Part shown: one piece after another, positions 18,058 to 28,000 of the stretch | How the letters are laid out: each line of letters starts with the position of its first letter | Position numbering within the stretch: position 1 is the first letter of the stretch | DNA from: Candidatus Krumholzibacteriia bacterium | GTDB taxonomy: Bacteria; Krumholzibacteriota; Krumholzibacteriia; Krumholzibacteriales; Krumholzibacteriaceae | DNA: 64,000 nucleotides | Assembly: GCA_025453655.1 (NCBI GenBank) | Contig: JALOPX010000001.1 | Span: forward strand, 1,376-65,375 | Direction of reading: 5' to 3' | Program-made: the position numbers and the translations under genes | The notes under the pieces: model-generated | Seen by the model: only the letters and a program-made list of their open reading frames with translations | What the model was told of the DNA's origin: nothing | The model's database searches: none

Positions 18058-18927
18058 TCACATCTTAAGGAACCTGCGCAGGGCGGCCATGCTTCCCAGA
18101 GCGCCGATAACGGCGCAGAGAACGACGAAAACCGCGATCGCGTCGACCCTGATGAAAGCCACGCCGGGAAGGTATTGCAGGGTGAACCGGTGGATGATCG
18201 CGAGCATCCCTATCGCGAGCAGGGACGAAACGACCCCCTGCAGCGCCCCTTCGAGGATGAAAGGTATCTGTATATAGGTATTGGTCGCTCCGACGAGCTT
18301 GAGTATCTCGATCGTCCTGCTGCTTCCGAGTATCGTCAGCCTCACCGTGTTCGATATGACGAATACGACCGAGAGAAAGACTATCAGCCCGAGAACGAGG
18401 TCGATCATGTAAAAGCTCCTGACCAGTTTTTCGCCCCGCTCGAACCATTTCCTCCCGTAGACGACCTCCTCCACCCCCTCCCACTGCCCCACGCGGCCCG
18501 CCATCGCCTCCAGGACGCCCGACCGTATGTATTCCTGCTTCATGCGGATCCTGTATGAGTCGGGAAGGGGATTCTGCTCGACCGCGTTGAGAAGCTCGCT
18601 GTTCTCTCCGAGCGTCTCCCTGAAATCCTCGAGGGCCTCCTCCTTCGAGATGTAGGCGACCTCGTCGACCCCTTGCTCCGACATCAGCCTTATCTGGATA
18701 TCCCTCGAAAGCTCCCCGCTCACCCCGTCGTCGAGATAGACGTAGACCCTCAGCTCCTCGCTCGTCTTCTCGATGAGGCTCGCGATGTTCAGCGTGACGG
18801 CGAGAAAGGTTATCAATATGAGCAGGGAGAGCGCCATGATGATCACGGAGATCAGGTTGGGGACCTTCCTTCTCCAGAGCATCCCCGTCGATTCGTGCCA
18901 GATGTACCTCAGCTCTCCGGGTTTCAT
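18058..18927 (-). CDS. ftsX: Cell-division ABC transporter permease FtsX
   Basis: Four-TM topology with a large periplasmic loop. Adjacent to ftsE. Confidence 0.85.
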   Translation of the reverse strand: MKPGELRYIWHESTGMLWRRKVPNLISVIIMALSLLILITFLAVTLNIASLIEKTSEELRVYVYLDDGVSGELSRDIQIRLMSEQGVDEVAYISKEEALEDFRETLGENSELLNAVEQNPLPDSYRIRMKQEYIRSGVLEAMAGRVGQWEGVEEVVYGRKWFERGEKLVRSFYMIDLVLGLIVFLSVVFVISNTVRLTILGSSRTIEILKLVGATNTYIQIPFILEGALQGVVSSLLAIGMLAIIHRFTLQYLPGVAFIRVDAIAVFVVLCAVIGALGSMAALRRFLKM

Positions 18928-19706
18928 TCCTCTTCACCGCCCGTGATATCGTACTCCGAGAGGCGCGACGCGCTTTCGCTCACGCTCGAGCCGCCGATCC
19001 TGTCGCGGATGTCGCCGACGAAGATCATCTCCTTGTCGAGCGCCACCCTGCCTTCCTCCAGATAGATGATCCTCTGCCCGAAGCTGCGGACCAGCTCGAT
19101 GTCGTGAGTCGCCATGAGGACGGCCGTCCCCCCGGCGTTGATCTTGAAGAGAAGCTCGAGGATGTTCTTCGTGGCGACAGGGTCGAGGTTGCCGGTCGGC
19201 TCGTCGGCAAAGAGTATGGCAGGCCTGTTCGCCACGGCCCTCGCGATCGCGACCCGCTGCTGTTCCCCCCCCGAAAGCGCCGGCGGATAATCGTAACGCT
19301 TGTGGTAGAGGCCTACCCTCGTGAGGATGTCCGTTATCTGCTTCTTGATCTCGGGCATGCCCGCCCCGGTCACCTTCATGGCGAGGGCCACGTTCTCGAA
19401 AACGGTCCGGTCCTCGAGAAGCCTGAAGTCCTGGAAGATTATCCCTATCTTCCGGCGAAGGTCGGGTATCGATTTCCTCTTCATCCTGGTGGAGACGAAC
19501 TGGCCGACCACGACCTGCCCCTTGTCGGGGAAGTCGTCCATGTACATGAGTTTCAGCAGCGTGCTCTTGCCGGCTCCGCTCGGCCCGACAAGGAAGACGA
19601 ATTCCCCGTTGGCCACCTGCAGATTGATGTCCTCCAGGCTGAAATGTTTCCCCAGCCCTCTCGACACGTGATAAACGCCGGCGATTATTCTTTTTTCCTG
19701 GTTCAT
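18924..19706 (-). CDS. ftsE: Cell-division ABC transporter ATPase FtsE
   Basis: Walker A GPSGAGKST, signature LSGGEQQRVAIARA and Walker B ILFADEPT. Stop overlaps the ftsX start. Confidence 0.9.
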   Translation of the reverse strand: MNQEKRIIAGVYHVSRGLGKHFSLEDINLQVANGEFVFLVGPSGAGKSTLLKLMYMDDFPDKGQVVVGQFVSTRMKRKSIPDLRRKIGIIFQDFRLLEDRTVFENVALAMKVTGAGMPEIKKQITDILTRVGLYHKRYDYPPALSGGEQQRVAIARAVANRPAILFADEPTGNLDPVATKNILELLFKINAGGTAVLMATHDIELVRSFGQRIIYLEEGRVALDKEMIFVGDIRDRIGGSSVSESASRLSEYDITGGEEE

Positions 19707-19722
19707 CTTCCGAATCGCCCCG

Positions 19723-20751
19723 TCAGGCGCCCGCCTTTTTTTTCGGGTTTTCCCTGTTCCGCCTGGCGCGGGCGCACCCTTCCGCGAGGTCGAGGGCCGC
19801 GGAGAGGCTCCCTGTGCCCGCGATTCCCCTGCCCGCTATGTCGTAGGCCGTGCCGTGGCAGACCGACGTCCGCACCACGGGGAGCCCTATCGTCATGTTC
19901 ACTCCCTGGTCGAACCCGCCGAACTTGAACGGTATCATCCCCTGGTCGTGATACAGGGCGATGAAGGCGTCGCACTTTTTGTCGTGCCACTTCTGGAACA
20001 TCGTGTCGGCGGGAACGGGCCCGGCGACGTTGAACCCTTCGTACCTGAGGGAGCTCAGCGCCGGCGCGATCGTCGTTATCTCCTCGGTCCCGTTTATCCC
20101 GCCGTCCCCGCCGTGCGGGTTGAGCGCCGCCACCATCATGGAGGGCTCCTCGATCCCCCAGAATTCCTTCAGCGCCTCCGCCGTCACCCTCACCCCCGTC
20201 ATGATCCTCTCCCTGGTCACGGCGTCCGGCACGTCCTTGAGCGCGATGTCGCGCGTGAGTATGACGACGCGGAAATCCCCCGACACCATCATCATCTGGC
20301 AGTCGGGGGCGCCTAGCAGGTAGCCGAACATCGAGGTGTGGCCCTTGTAGGGATAGCCGGCCATAGCGAGCGCCTCCTTCGATATCGGGCCCGTCACGAT
20401 CCCGTCGACGAGCCCCCTCTTCGCGAGGTCCGCCGCGATCTCGATGGCGCGCCCGGAGATCCTGCCCCCGGCCGCGCTCGGCCCTCCCGTCGGGACATCC
20501 TCCCCGCCCGCGACGTCGATGATCGCGGGTAGGCGTTCCGGGAGTTTTTCCATTCCTTCCCCGGCGGGGATCGTCTCCCACCGTTCGACGTTTTCGGCGC
20601 CCATCGTTCTCTTCAGCGCCGCGGCGGAGCCGATGAGAACGACCCCCCGGCCGTCGAGGCTGCCGCTTTCGAGTTTCGACGCCGCGAGCTCCGGGCCGAT
20701 CCCGGCGGGATCCCCGATGGTCAGGGCTATGCTGATATCCTTTTTAGGCAC
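19723..20751 (-). CDS. pdxA: 4-hydroxythreonine-4-phosphate dehydrogenase
   Basis: PdxA family motifs (IALTIGDPAGIGPEL, NPHGGDGG, HGTAYDIAG). Confidence 0.85.
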   Translation of the reverse strand: MPKKDISIALTIGDPAGIGPELAASKLESGSLDGRGVVLIGSAAALKRTMGAENVERWETIPAGEGMEKLPERLPAIIDVAGGEDVPTGGPSAAGGRISGRAIEIAADLAKRGLVDGIVTGPISKEALAMAGYPYKGHTSMFGYLLGAPDCQMMMVSGDFRVVILTRDIALKDVPDAVTRERIMTGVRVTAEALKEFWGIEEPSMMVAALNPHGGDGGINGTEEITTIAPALSSLRYEGFNVAGPVPADTMFQKWHDKKCDAFIALYHDQGMIPFKFGGFDQGVNMTIGLPVVRTSVCHGTAYDIAGRGIAGTGSLSAALDLAEGCARARRNRENPKKKAGA

Positions 20752-21028
20752 TCCATCCCTCCCCGTCGCCGTACAGCGGCGATTCCCTTATAATCCTGTA
20801 GTGCGCCGCCCTGTCCTTCTTCGATACCTGGCGCGCCGGGATCCCGGTCAGCTCCAGGACGAGGAGCCTGTCGGGGTACCTTATTTCGATGACGTCCCCC
20901 TCCCTCACCTCGCGTGAGGGTTTCACCTCGGCTCCGTTCACCTTCACGCTTCCCGAATCGCATCCCCTTTTCGCGATCTCGCGCGTCCTGGCGAGGCAAA
21001 GCGTCTTCAGAAGAAGGTCGATCCTCAT
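20744..21028 (-). CDS. S4-domain RNA-binding protein (Hsp15/YabO-like)
   Basis: S4 alpha-L motif MRIDLLLKTLCLARTREIAKR...VKVNGAEVKPS. Overlaps pdxA by 8 nt. Confidence 0.65.
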   Translation of the reverse strand: MRIDLLLKTLCLARTREIAKRGCDSGSVKVNGAEVKPSREVREGDVIEIRYPDRLLVLELTGIPARQVSKKDRAAHYRIIRESPLYGDGEGWSA

Positions 21029-22335
21029 ATCGTTATCTTGACGTCCACGTGGTAGATCTTTTTCAGGGATTCGACGTAGCCGTCGTATTTTTCCTGAAGC
21101 TTCCGCCGTTCGATGAGCTCCCGCAGCCCGTCCCTCGCTTCGTCCAGGGTATAGGGCCGCTCCTCGGCGTGCCCGAGCACCTTTATGATCCTGAACCCTT
21201 TCGGCTCCCTTATCAGCGGGGCTATCTGGCCGTCGGCAAGGTCCTTTATCGCCTCGAGGAAGAAATCGGGAAGCTTGGTCAGCTCCACCTCGCCCACCAG
21301 CCCGCCGTTTTCCTTGCTGCTCCAGTCCTCCGAATACAGCAGCGCCATCTCGCCGAAATCGGCCCCGTCAATTATCTGTCTCCTGATCCCCTCGGCGAAC
21401 GCCTCGGTGGTCGCTTCGTCGATTTCCCTCTGAACGAGTATGTGGCGGAGCCTGACCTCGTCGCCCCTGACCTCTTCGAGCTTGATAAGGTGGTATCCGT
21501 GCTCTGTCAGGACCGGGCCGCTGACCTGGCCGACGAAAAGGCCGCGGACAGCCTCCTCGAACTGCGGATTCTCGAGGTCCTCGAGCTTTATGTAGCCGAG
21601 GTTCCCCCCGAACTGCGCGCTCGGGCCGTCCGACATCGCCTTCGCCGTCTCGGCGAAATCGGCGCCTTCGGCGAGAACCTTCTCTATCGCCGCGATCCTC
21701 TCGCGGGCCTTGAGGTCGGCGCTCTCCGGCGCCCTCATCAGGACCAGTATCTGGGCGAGCGATATCGTCTCCGGTCGTTTCTCGAGCTGGTCGAGGTTCG
21801 CCCTGTAATAATCCCTTATCTCGTTGTCCGTAACCTGCTCGCTTCCCCGGATCTCGGTCCTGAGCAGGCCGTCGACGAGCCGCATCGACCTGACCTTTTC
21901 CTTCCACATCGCCTTGAGCTGTTCCAGCGTGATCCCGGCCTTCTCCAGCTCCTTGATGAAAGCTCCCTCTCCCCCGAGGGCCTGCATGTTTTCCTCGACG
22001 GCCCGTTCGACCTCCCCGTCCACCTCGGCCTCGGGGACCTCGATCCCAGTCTTCTCCGCGTGTATCGACAGAAGCAGGTTGGCGACGAGCGCGTCCATCA
22101 CCTCGAGGCGCTTTTCCCTCTCCTCGGCCGGCGGCAGGCTTTCCTTCTGCTGCTGCATGAGGATCCTCTGGTACTCCATGTCGAACTCGCTCTGAAGGAT
22201 CGCCTTGTCCTCCACCACGGCCACAACCCTGTCGATGACCTCCCCGCTCCTGTCCTCGCCGGGGGCCCCGTATACGGCGGCGGCGAGAACGGCCGCGGCG
22301 GCGGCCGTCGAAAATATTATTTTAGAGCCCTTCAC
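21025..22335 (-). CDS. surA: Periplasmic chaperone / peptidyl-prolyl isomerase SurA (two parvulin domains)
   Basis: Signal peptide, an N-terminal SurA chaperone domain and two parvulin PPIase domains (..AQILV.., ..RHILV.. signatures). Confidence 0.8.
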   Translation of the reverse strand: MKGSKIIFSTAAAAAVLAAAVYGAPGEDRSGEVIDRVVAVVEDKAILQSEFDMEYQRILMQQQKESLPPAEEREKRLEVMDALVANLLLSIHAEKTGIEVPEAEVDGEVERAVEENMQALGGEGAFIKELEKAGITLEQLKAMWKEKVRSMRLVDGLLRTEIRGSEQVTDNEIRDYYRANLDQLEKRPETISLAQILVLMRAPESADLKARERIAAIEKVLAEGADFAETAKAMSDGPSAQFGGNLGYIKLEDLENPQFEEAVRGLFVGQVSGPVLTEHGYHLIKLEEVRGDEVRLRHILVQREIDEATTEAFAEGIRRQIIDGADFGEMALLYSEDWSSKENGGLVGEVELTKLPDFFLEAIKDLADGQIAPLIREPKGFRIIKVLGHAEERPYTLDEARDGLRELIERRKLQEKYDGYVESLKKIYHVDVKITI

Positions 22336-23257
22336 CCGTTTCCTCCCTGGACAGGGTGTCCGTCCGGCCGGAAGTGTCCCCCGTCGTGTAAGCGGCCCCG
22401 GGCGATGACGCCCGCTCGTTTCCCGGTTCGTAGATCTTATTGTAATACTCGATGTCGCCCGAGCGCGTCAGGGATTCGAAAAATTCCCTGTACGCCTCCT
22501 TCCTCTTTTCCATCAGAAGGGTGCTCACGATCTGTTCCCTGACTTCGGCGGGGGATACGCTCACCCGCGCCTCCCTCACCTCCGTGAGCTGAATGATGTG
22601 GTACCCGAGGGCCGACTGGACGATCCCGCTCGTCTCGCCGGGCTGCATCCCGAAAACAACGCCCTCGAATTCGGGGATCATGTTCCCCTTGGTCAGGTAC
22701 CCGAGATCTCCCCCTCTTTTCGCGACGGGGTCTATCGAATGCCTGTTCGCCACCCAGGCGAAGGTGTTCGTCTTCAGCAGCTCCAGCGCGGTCTCCGCCT
22801 CTTCCTCGGTGTTCACGAGGATATGGCTGACCCTGAACTCGCAGGTATATTCCCTCTCGTTTTTCCTGAAATATTCCTCGATCTCCCGCTCCGTCACCTT
22901 CACGCGCTCCTGGAGCTCGAGGAAAACGAGCTGGTCTGCGAGCAGTTCCTTTCTGAGCATCAGGAGCCTCGATTTTATCGCCGGATCGTTTTGAAGGCCT
23001 CGTTTTACCGCCTCGTTGTGGAGAAGCTCCACCTCGACCCAGTTTTGAACGAGGGCGGCCTTTTCCTCGATGGAAAAGGCCGTCCTGTCCGAATCCTGGA
23101 TCATCGACTCGAGCTGCGCCGCGGAAAGAATCTCGTTGCCGACCCTGACGATGCGGTCGGGGGCGGCGCCGGGGTCGTCACCCCCCCCGCTCTTCCCGCA
23201 ACCCGACAACTGCAGGGATACGAGAAGAGACACGAGGAAGAGACAACGCACCCTCAT
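22322..23257 (-). CDS. Parvulin-type PPIase lipoprotein (PrsA/SurA-like, single parvulin domain)
   Basis: Lipobox MRVRCLFLVSLLVSLQLSGC and a parvulin signature (FRVSHILV...GGDLGY). Start moved to the ATG at 23257. Confidence 0.7.
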   Translation of the reverse strand: MRVRCLFLVSLLVSLQLSGCGKSGGGDDPGAAPDRIVRVGNEILSAAQLESMIQDSDRTAFSIEEKAALVQNWVEVELLHNEAVKRGLQNDPAIKSRLLMLRKELLADQLVFLELQERVKVTEREIEEYFRKNEREYTCEFRVSHILVNTEEEAETALELLKTNTFAWVANRHSIDPVAKRGGDLGYLTKGNMIPEFEGVVFGMQPGETSGIVQSALGYHIIQLTEVREARVSVSPAEVREQIVSTLLMEKRKEAYREFFESLTRSGDIEYYNKIYEPGNERASSPGAAYTTGDTSGRTDTLSREETGEGL

Positions 23258-23283
23258 CCCTTTCAAAAGGCCACCAGCTTCCG

Positions 23284-24981
23284 CTATAACCTGGTCCTTT
23301 TCATCTCGGCTTTGGCCAGGTTCTTTTCGTTGATCTTGATCTCGTACTCTTCGGCCCATTTCTTAAGCTTCTCCTGCAGCAGGGCTTCGCCCTTCTTCTC
23401 GGTCAGGTCCTGCTTGATGGTCGAGGAAGCTTCTTCGAACGAGGGCAGCCTGCCCGGCTCTATCTGGAGCAGCTTCACGACGGCCCACCCGCGCGATATC
23501 TGGAAGGCGTCGGAGACGTCACCCTCGGCCCCAAGAGCAAACGCGACCCCGTCATATTCGAGATAATTCCCCGGATATACGAGCCCCGTCTTGCCCATGT
23601 TTTCCTTGACCGATGGATCCTTCGAAAAATCCCTGACCAGCTTGTCGAAATTCTCCCCTTCTTTCGCCCTTTTTTCGACTATCCTGGCGGCATCCTCCTT
23701 CTCGAGGACGATGACCTGGAAGTTTCGGCGTTCCTTCGTGAAGATGAAATCCTTGTTGTTGTCGTAGAAATCCTGCATCTCCCTGATGGTGACCGTGATC
23801 TCGTCCTCGATCTGATCCTGGTAGAGCCTGTAGACGAGATACTGTTCCCTCCGGTTGTCGTAGTTCTTCTTCACCTCGGGGATCTCCAGCACGCGCGCGA
23901 CCTCTTCGGCGTACACGGGCAGGATCTTGTCGTAGATGACCTTCTTGAGAAGCTGAACGATGTTCTCGCGCCCATACTGGCGCCGCGGCCTTTCGACGAG
24001 GGAGGCGGCGTTATAGAGATCTATGAAATCCTTTATCGTGTATGAGCCGTCGTCATACTGGCAGATCATCATGTCGAGATACTGCTCCTCGATGTTCAGC
24101 GCGGGGGCGTTATCCCTCGTGACCTTGTAATTCACGATATCCTCGAACGGCACGTCCTCCGGAAGGGCGTTGTACACGAGGTTGACGGCGTCGGTGAAGA
24201 TCTGAAGATTTATGTCGCGCTCTATCTGTTCCTTGAGGACGTCGCGCCCCTTGTATTCCTTTATCCCCCTGACCCTGCGCGTCGCGTATTCCCTGTCCTC
24301 GTCGGGAACGATCTTCCTCTTCTTCATGATCTTGATGAGCGTCCACCCCGAGTCGGTCCTGACCGGCTGCGAAATTTCGTCTTCCTTCATCGTAAAGAGC
24401 ATTTCCTCGACCCACCAGTGGATCTTGCCGACGGGGGAGCTGCCGACGAACCCTCCGTTCTCGGCGCCGGGGCCGAGCGAATAGTCCTTCGCGAGCTGCG
24501 CGAAGTCCTCGCCCGCGAGGGCCCTCTCCCTGAGCGAAAGGGCGTCCTGCTCGTTGGCGACGACGATCTGGCTCAGGGTGTATTCGTAATGCATCTCCTC
24601 CCAGTATTTGTCTATCTCCGCCTCGGTGACCGTTACCGATTTCGAGATCTTCTGGTCCCAGAGCGCCGTAATCAGGAAGGGGCCCCGGAACTGGGTCCAG
24701 AATCTGTTGAAGGCCTCTTCATTCTGATACCCCAGCGCCTCCGCCTTCAGCGCCATGATCTCCTTGTTGATCATGTGCTGGAGAAGATCCTTCTTCCCCG
24801 CCATGTCGCTGGTCTCGGGAAGGTACTTGTTTTCGAGGGTCTCGGCCGTGGTCTCGAATTCGCCGATCGTGATCGTTTTCGTCGCGACCTCGGCCACGAT
24901 GAGATCCTTCCTGTCGGTTTTCGAACATCCCGCCGCCACGATCACCGCCAATCCCGCGATGATCAACGCTGATTTCCTCAC
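23284..24981 (-). CDS. SurA/PpiD-like periplasmic chaperone lipoprotein
   Basis: GTG start with AAAGGAG SD at 7-nt spacing. The product begins MRKSALIIAGLAVIVAAGC (lipobox). SurA_N-like chaperone region plus a parvulin-like domain (YTLSQIVV). Confidence 0.65.
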   Translation of the reverse strand: MRKSALIIAGLAVIVAAGCSKTDRKDLIVAEVATKTITIGEFETTAETLENKYLPETSDMAGKKDLLQHMINKEIMALKAEALGYQNEEAFNRFWTQFRGPFLITALWDQKISKSVTVTEAEIDKYWEEMHYEYTLSQIVVANEQDALSLRERALAGEDFAQLAKDYSLGPGAENGGFVGSSPVGKIHWWVEEMLFTMKEDEISQPVRTDSGWTLIKIMKKRKIVPDEDREYATRRVRGIKEYKGRDVLKEQIERDINLQIFTDAVNLVYNALPEDVPFEDIVNYKVTRDNAPALNIEEQYLDMMICQYDDGSYTIKDFIDLYNAASLVERPRRQYGRENIVQLLKKVIYDKILPVYAEEVARVLEIPEVKKNYDNRREQYLVYRLYQDQIEDEITVTIREMQDFYDNNKDFIFTKERRNFQVIVLEKEDAARIVEKRAKEGENFDKLVRDFSKDPSVKENMGKTGLVYPGNYLEYDGVAFALGAEGDVSDAFQISRGWAVVKLLQIEPGRLPSFEEASSTIKQDLTEKKGEALLQEKLKKWAEEYEIKINEKNLAKAEMKRTRL

Positions 24982-25092
24982 TTCGGACTCCTTTCTGTCG
25001 CCGTCTGCATTGATAATATCCTTTGAGCCGGCCGGCCGCTCCCCCGGCCGGGAGCATATGCCGGGCATCATAGCCTTCCAAGGCTAACCCCA

Positions 25093-28000
25093 TTAATTAA
25101 CATAAAATTCCAACAATTTCAACAAACTTTCAAGATCGGCCGTCCCGGGCAGCGTCTTGCAGGAGTCGAAACCGGCCTTCCCCGCTTCGTTCGAAGGGGC
25201 TTCCCCGGTTCGTACCGTCATCGAGAACCCGTTTTCCGTGTGAAAGGTCAGCCGGCCTTCAAATGCGGCCGCGAGATCGGAGAGCAGTTTCCGCCCCGGG
25301 CTGCTCCCGGCCGCGAACCCGGCCCTCATCGCCCTTTTCGTGATCTCCACCGTCTCGAGGCCCGCGCGCGCGGCCCTCGCCTTGAGCTCCACCATCATGA
25401 GGAGGTTGCCGGCCGGAACCGGAGGAGGCCCGAATCTGTCGACCAGCTCATCCATCATCGATGATACCTCCGCGGCGTTCGCGACCCTCGTGAGGCGCCG
25501 GTAAATATCCATCCTCTCCTCCGAGTCGGTGATGTAACCTTCGGGAAGGTAGGCGGGGACCGGTATCGATATCTTCGCCTCCCTCTCCTCCTCGGGAGCC
25601 TCGCCCTTCAGCCTCGCGACCTCCTCGCGTATCATCCTCGAATACATGTCGAGCCCCACGGCGTTTATCTGGCCCGACTGCTGGTGCCCGAGGAGGTTCC
25701 CCGCCCCCCTTATCTCCAGGTCCCTCATCGCTATCCTGTACCCGGCCCCGAGGTAGTCGAATTCGCTTATCGCCTGGAGCCTCTTCACGGCTGTCGGGGC
25801 GAGGGCGCGGTCCCTCGGGACGAGCATGTAGGCGTAGGCCTTCCTGTCCGACCTCCCCACCCTTCCCCGCAGCTGATAGAGCTGCGCGAGGCCGAAACGG
25901 TCGGAGCGGTTTATTATGATCGTGTTGACGTTGGGAAAATCGAGCCCCGCCTCGATGATCATCGTGCAGAGAAGCAGGTCGAACCGCCTTTCGAGGAAAT
26001 CGATCATTATCCTCTCCAGGTCGCGCTCGTTCATCTGCCCGTGCGCGTGGGCGATCCTGACCCTGGGAGGCAGGAGCCTGTGCAGGTACCCCTCCATCAC
26101 CTCGATCGACTGGACCCTGTTATGCACGAAAAAGACCTGCCCTCCCCTGTCTATCTCGCGCATGATCGCGTCCCTTATCGCCCCGTCGTCGAAGGGGAGA
26201 ATCTCCGTATGTATGGGAAGCCTGTTGCGAGGCGCCGTATCGATGACCGATATGTCGCGAATCCCCGAGATCGCCATCGAGAGGGTCCGCGGTATGGGGG
26301 TGGCCGTCATGCTGAGCACGTCGACGCTTTTCTTCATCATTTTGAAGATCTCCTTGTGCCTGACGCCGAACCTGTGCTCCTCGTCGATGACGACAAGGCC
26401 GAGATCCTTGAATGCTACATCCTTCGAGAGCAGCCTGTGCGTGCCGACGAGGATGTCGACCTTCCCTTCGGCGGCCTCGGCCGCGATCTTCTTCTGCCGG
26501 GCGGGGGAAACGAATCTGCTGAGCATCTCGGTCCGTACCGGGAACCCGGCGAGCCGGTCGGTCAGGGTGGCGAGATGCTGCATCGCGAGCACCGTCGTCG
26601 GAACGAGGATCGCCACCTGTTTCCCTTCGAGCACGACCTTGAAAGCCGCCCTGAGCGCCACTTCGGTCTTGCCGAATCCCACGTCGCCGCACAAAAGCCG
26701 GTCCATCGGCCTTGCCGATTCGAGATCCGCCTTCACCTCCGCCGACGCCTTGAGCTGGTGGGGCGTCTCCTCCCAGGGGAAGGACGCCTCCATCTCGCTC
26801 TGCCACGGCTTGTCCGGCCCGAAGGCGTACCCCCTGACGAGCTGCCGCGCCGCGTATATCTCCAGCAATTCGCCGGCAATCCGGCTCGCGCTTTTCCTGG
26901 CGCCCTCCCTGATCCTGTTCCACGCCCTGCTCCCGAGGTCGGCAAGCTGCGGCGCGACTCCGTCGGCCGCGACGTATTTCTCGACCATCCTGAGCTGCGT
27001 GACCGGGATGAAAAGCCTGTTCGCCCCCTCGTACCTTATATCGAGGCACTCGGTCCTGCCCCCTTCGATATCGAGGACCCGCATCCCCATGTAGCGCCCT
27101 ATCCCGTGATTGACGTGAACGACGAAATCGCCGGGCTGAAAATGCGAAGGGTCGTAGGTGAGGGAACGGTTCCTCGCACGGGGGGACTGCAGGCTCCTGT
27201 GGTATCTCCCGAAGATCTCCTCCTCGCTGAGGAAGACCACCCCGGCGCCGGGCCACCTGAATCCGTTCGAAATGAATCCGGACGGGAAATCGACGTCGAG
27301 GGCGACGTCGGACAGTATCTCCTCGGCCCGCTCCCTCTGCGCGTCGCTCGAGCAGAATATGAGCACCTGCTGTTTCCCCGCGACATCCTTCGCGATATCG
27401 GCGGCGAGCCCCTTGAGGTTGCGCCTGTAATCCCCCGGGCTCGACGTCGAGAATACGACGGCGTTCTCCGCGGGAAGCCGCCTGAAGTCTATCCTCTTCT
27501 TTCCCTCGAGGAACCTTTCCATCTCCGGGCCGGTCACATAGACGGCGTCCGGCTCCGGGTAGCGATGTTCCTTTTCCAGTGACTGCCCGTGCCGCCGGGC
27601 CGTCTCCTCCCTGAATTCCTCCGTGACCGTATCGACGTCCTCGGTGTCGAAGGTGACGACGACGGGGGGGCGGTCGAAATATTCGAAGACCGGAACGACG
27701 TCGTGGACGACGGAGGCGTAATGCTCCATGCCGTAAAACAGGATCCCCTCCTCCATCCTGTCGGCGGCGAGCATCCTGCGCTTCAGCTCCTCCCCGTCGA
27801 CGGCCCCCTCTGCGAGAAAGGCCCTCAGCCGCTTCATCCCGGCGGGGTCGGGGGCCAGGTGGTGGAGCGGCCGGATCCTGATCCTCTGCAGGTTCCCGAT
27901 CGACCGCTGCGTCTCTATGTCGAAGCGCCTTATCGTCGCTATCTCGTCCGAATCGAATTCAATCCTGACCGGATCCTCCGAGGCGACCTCGAAAATGTCG

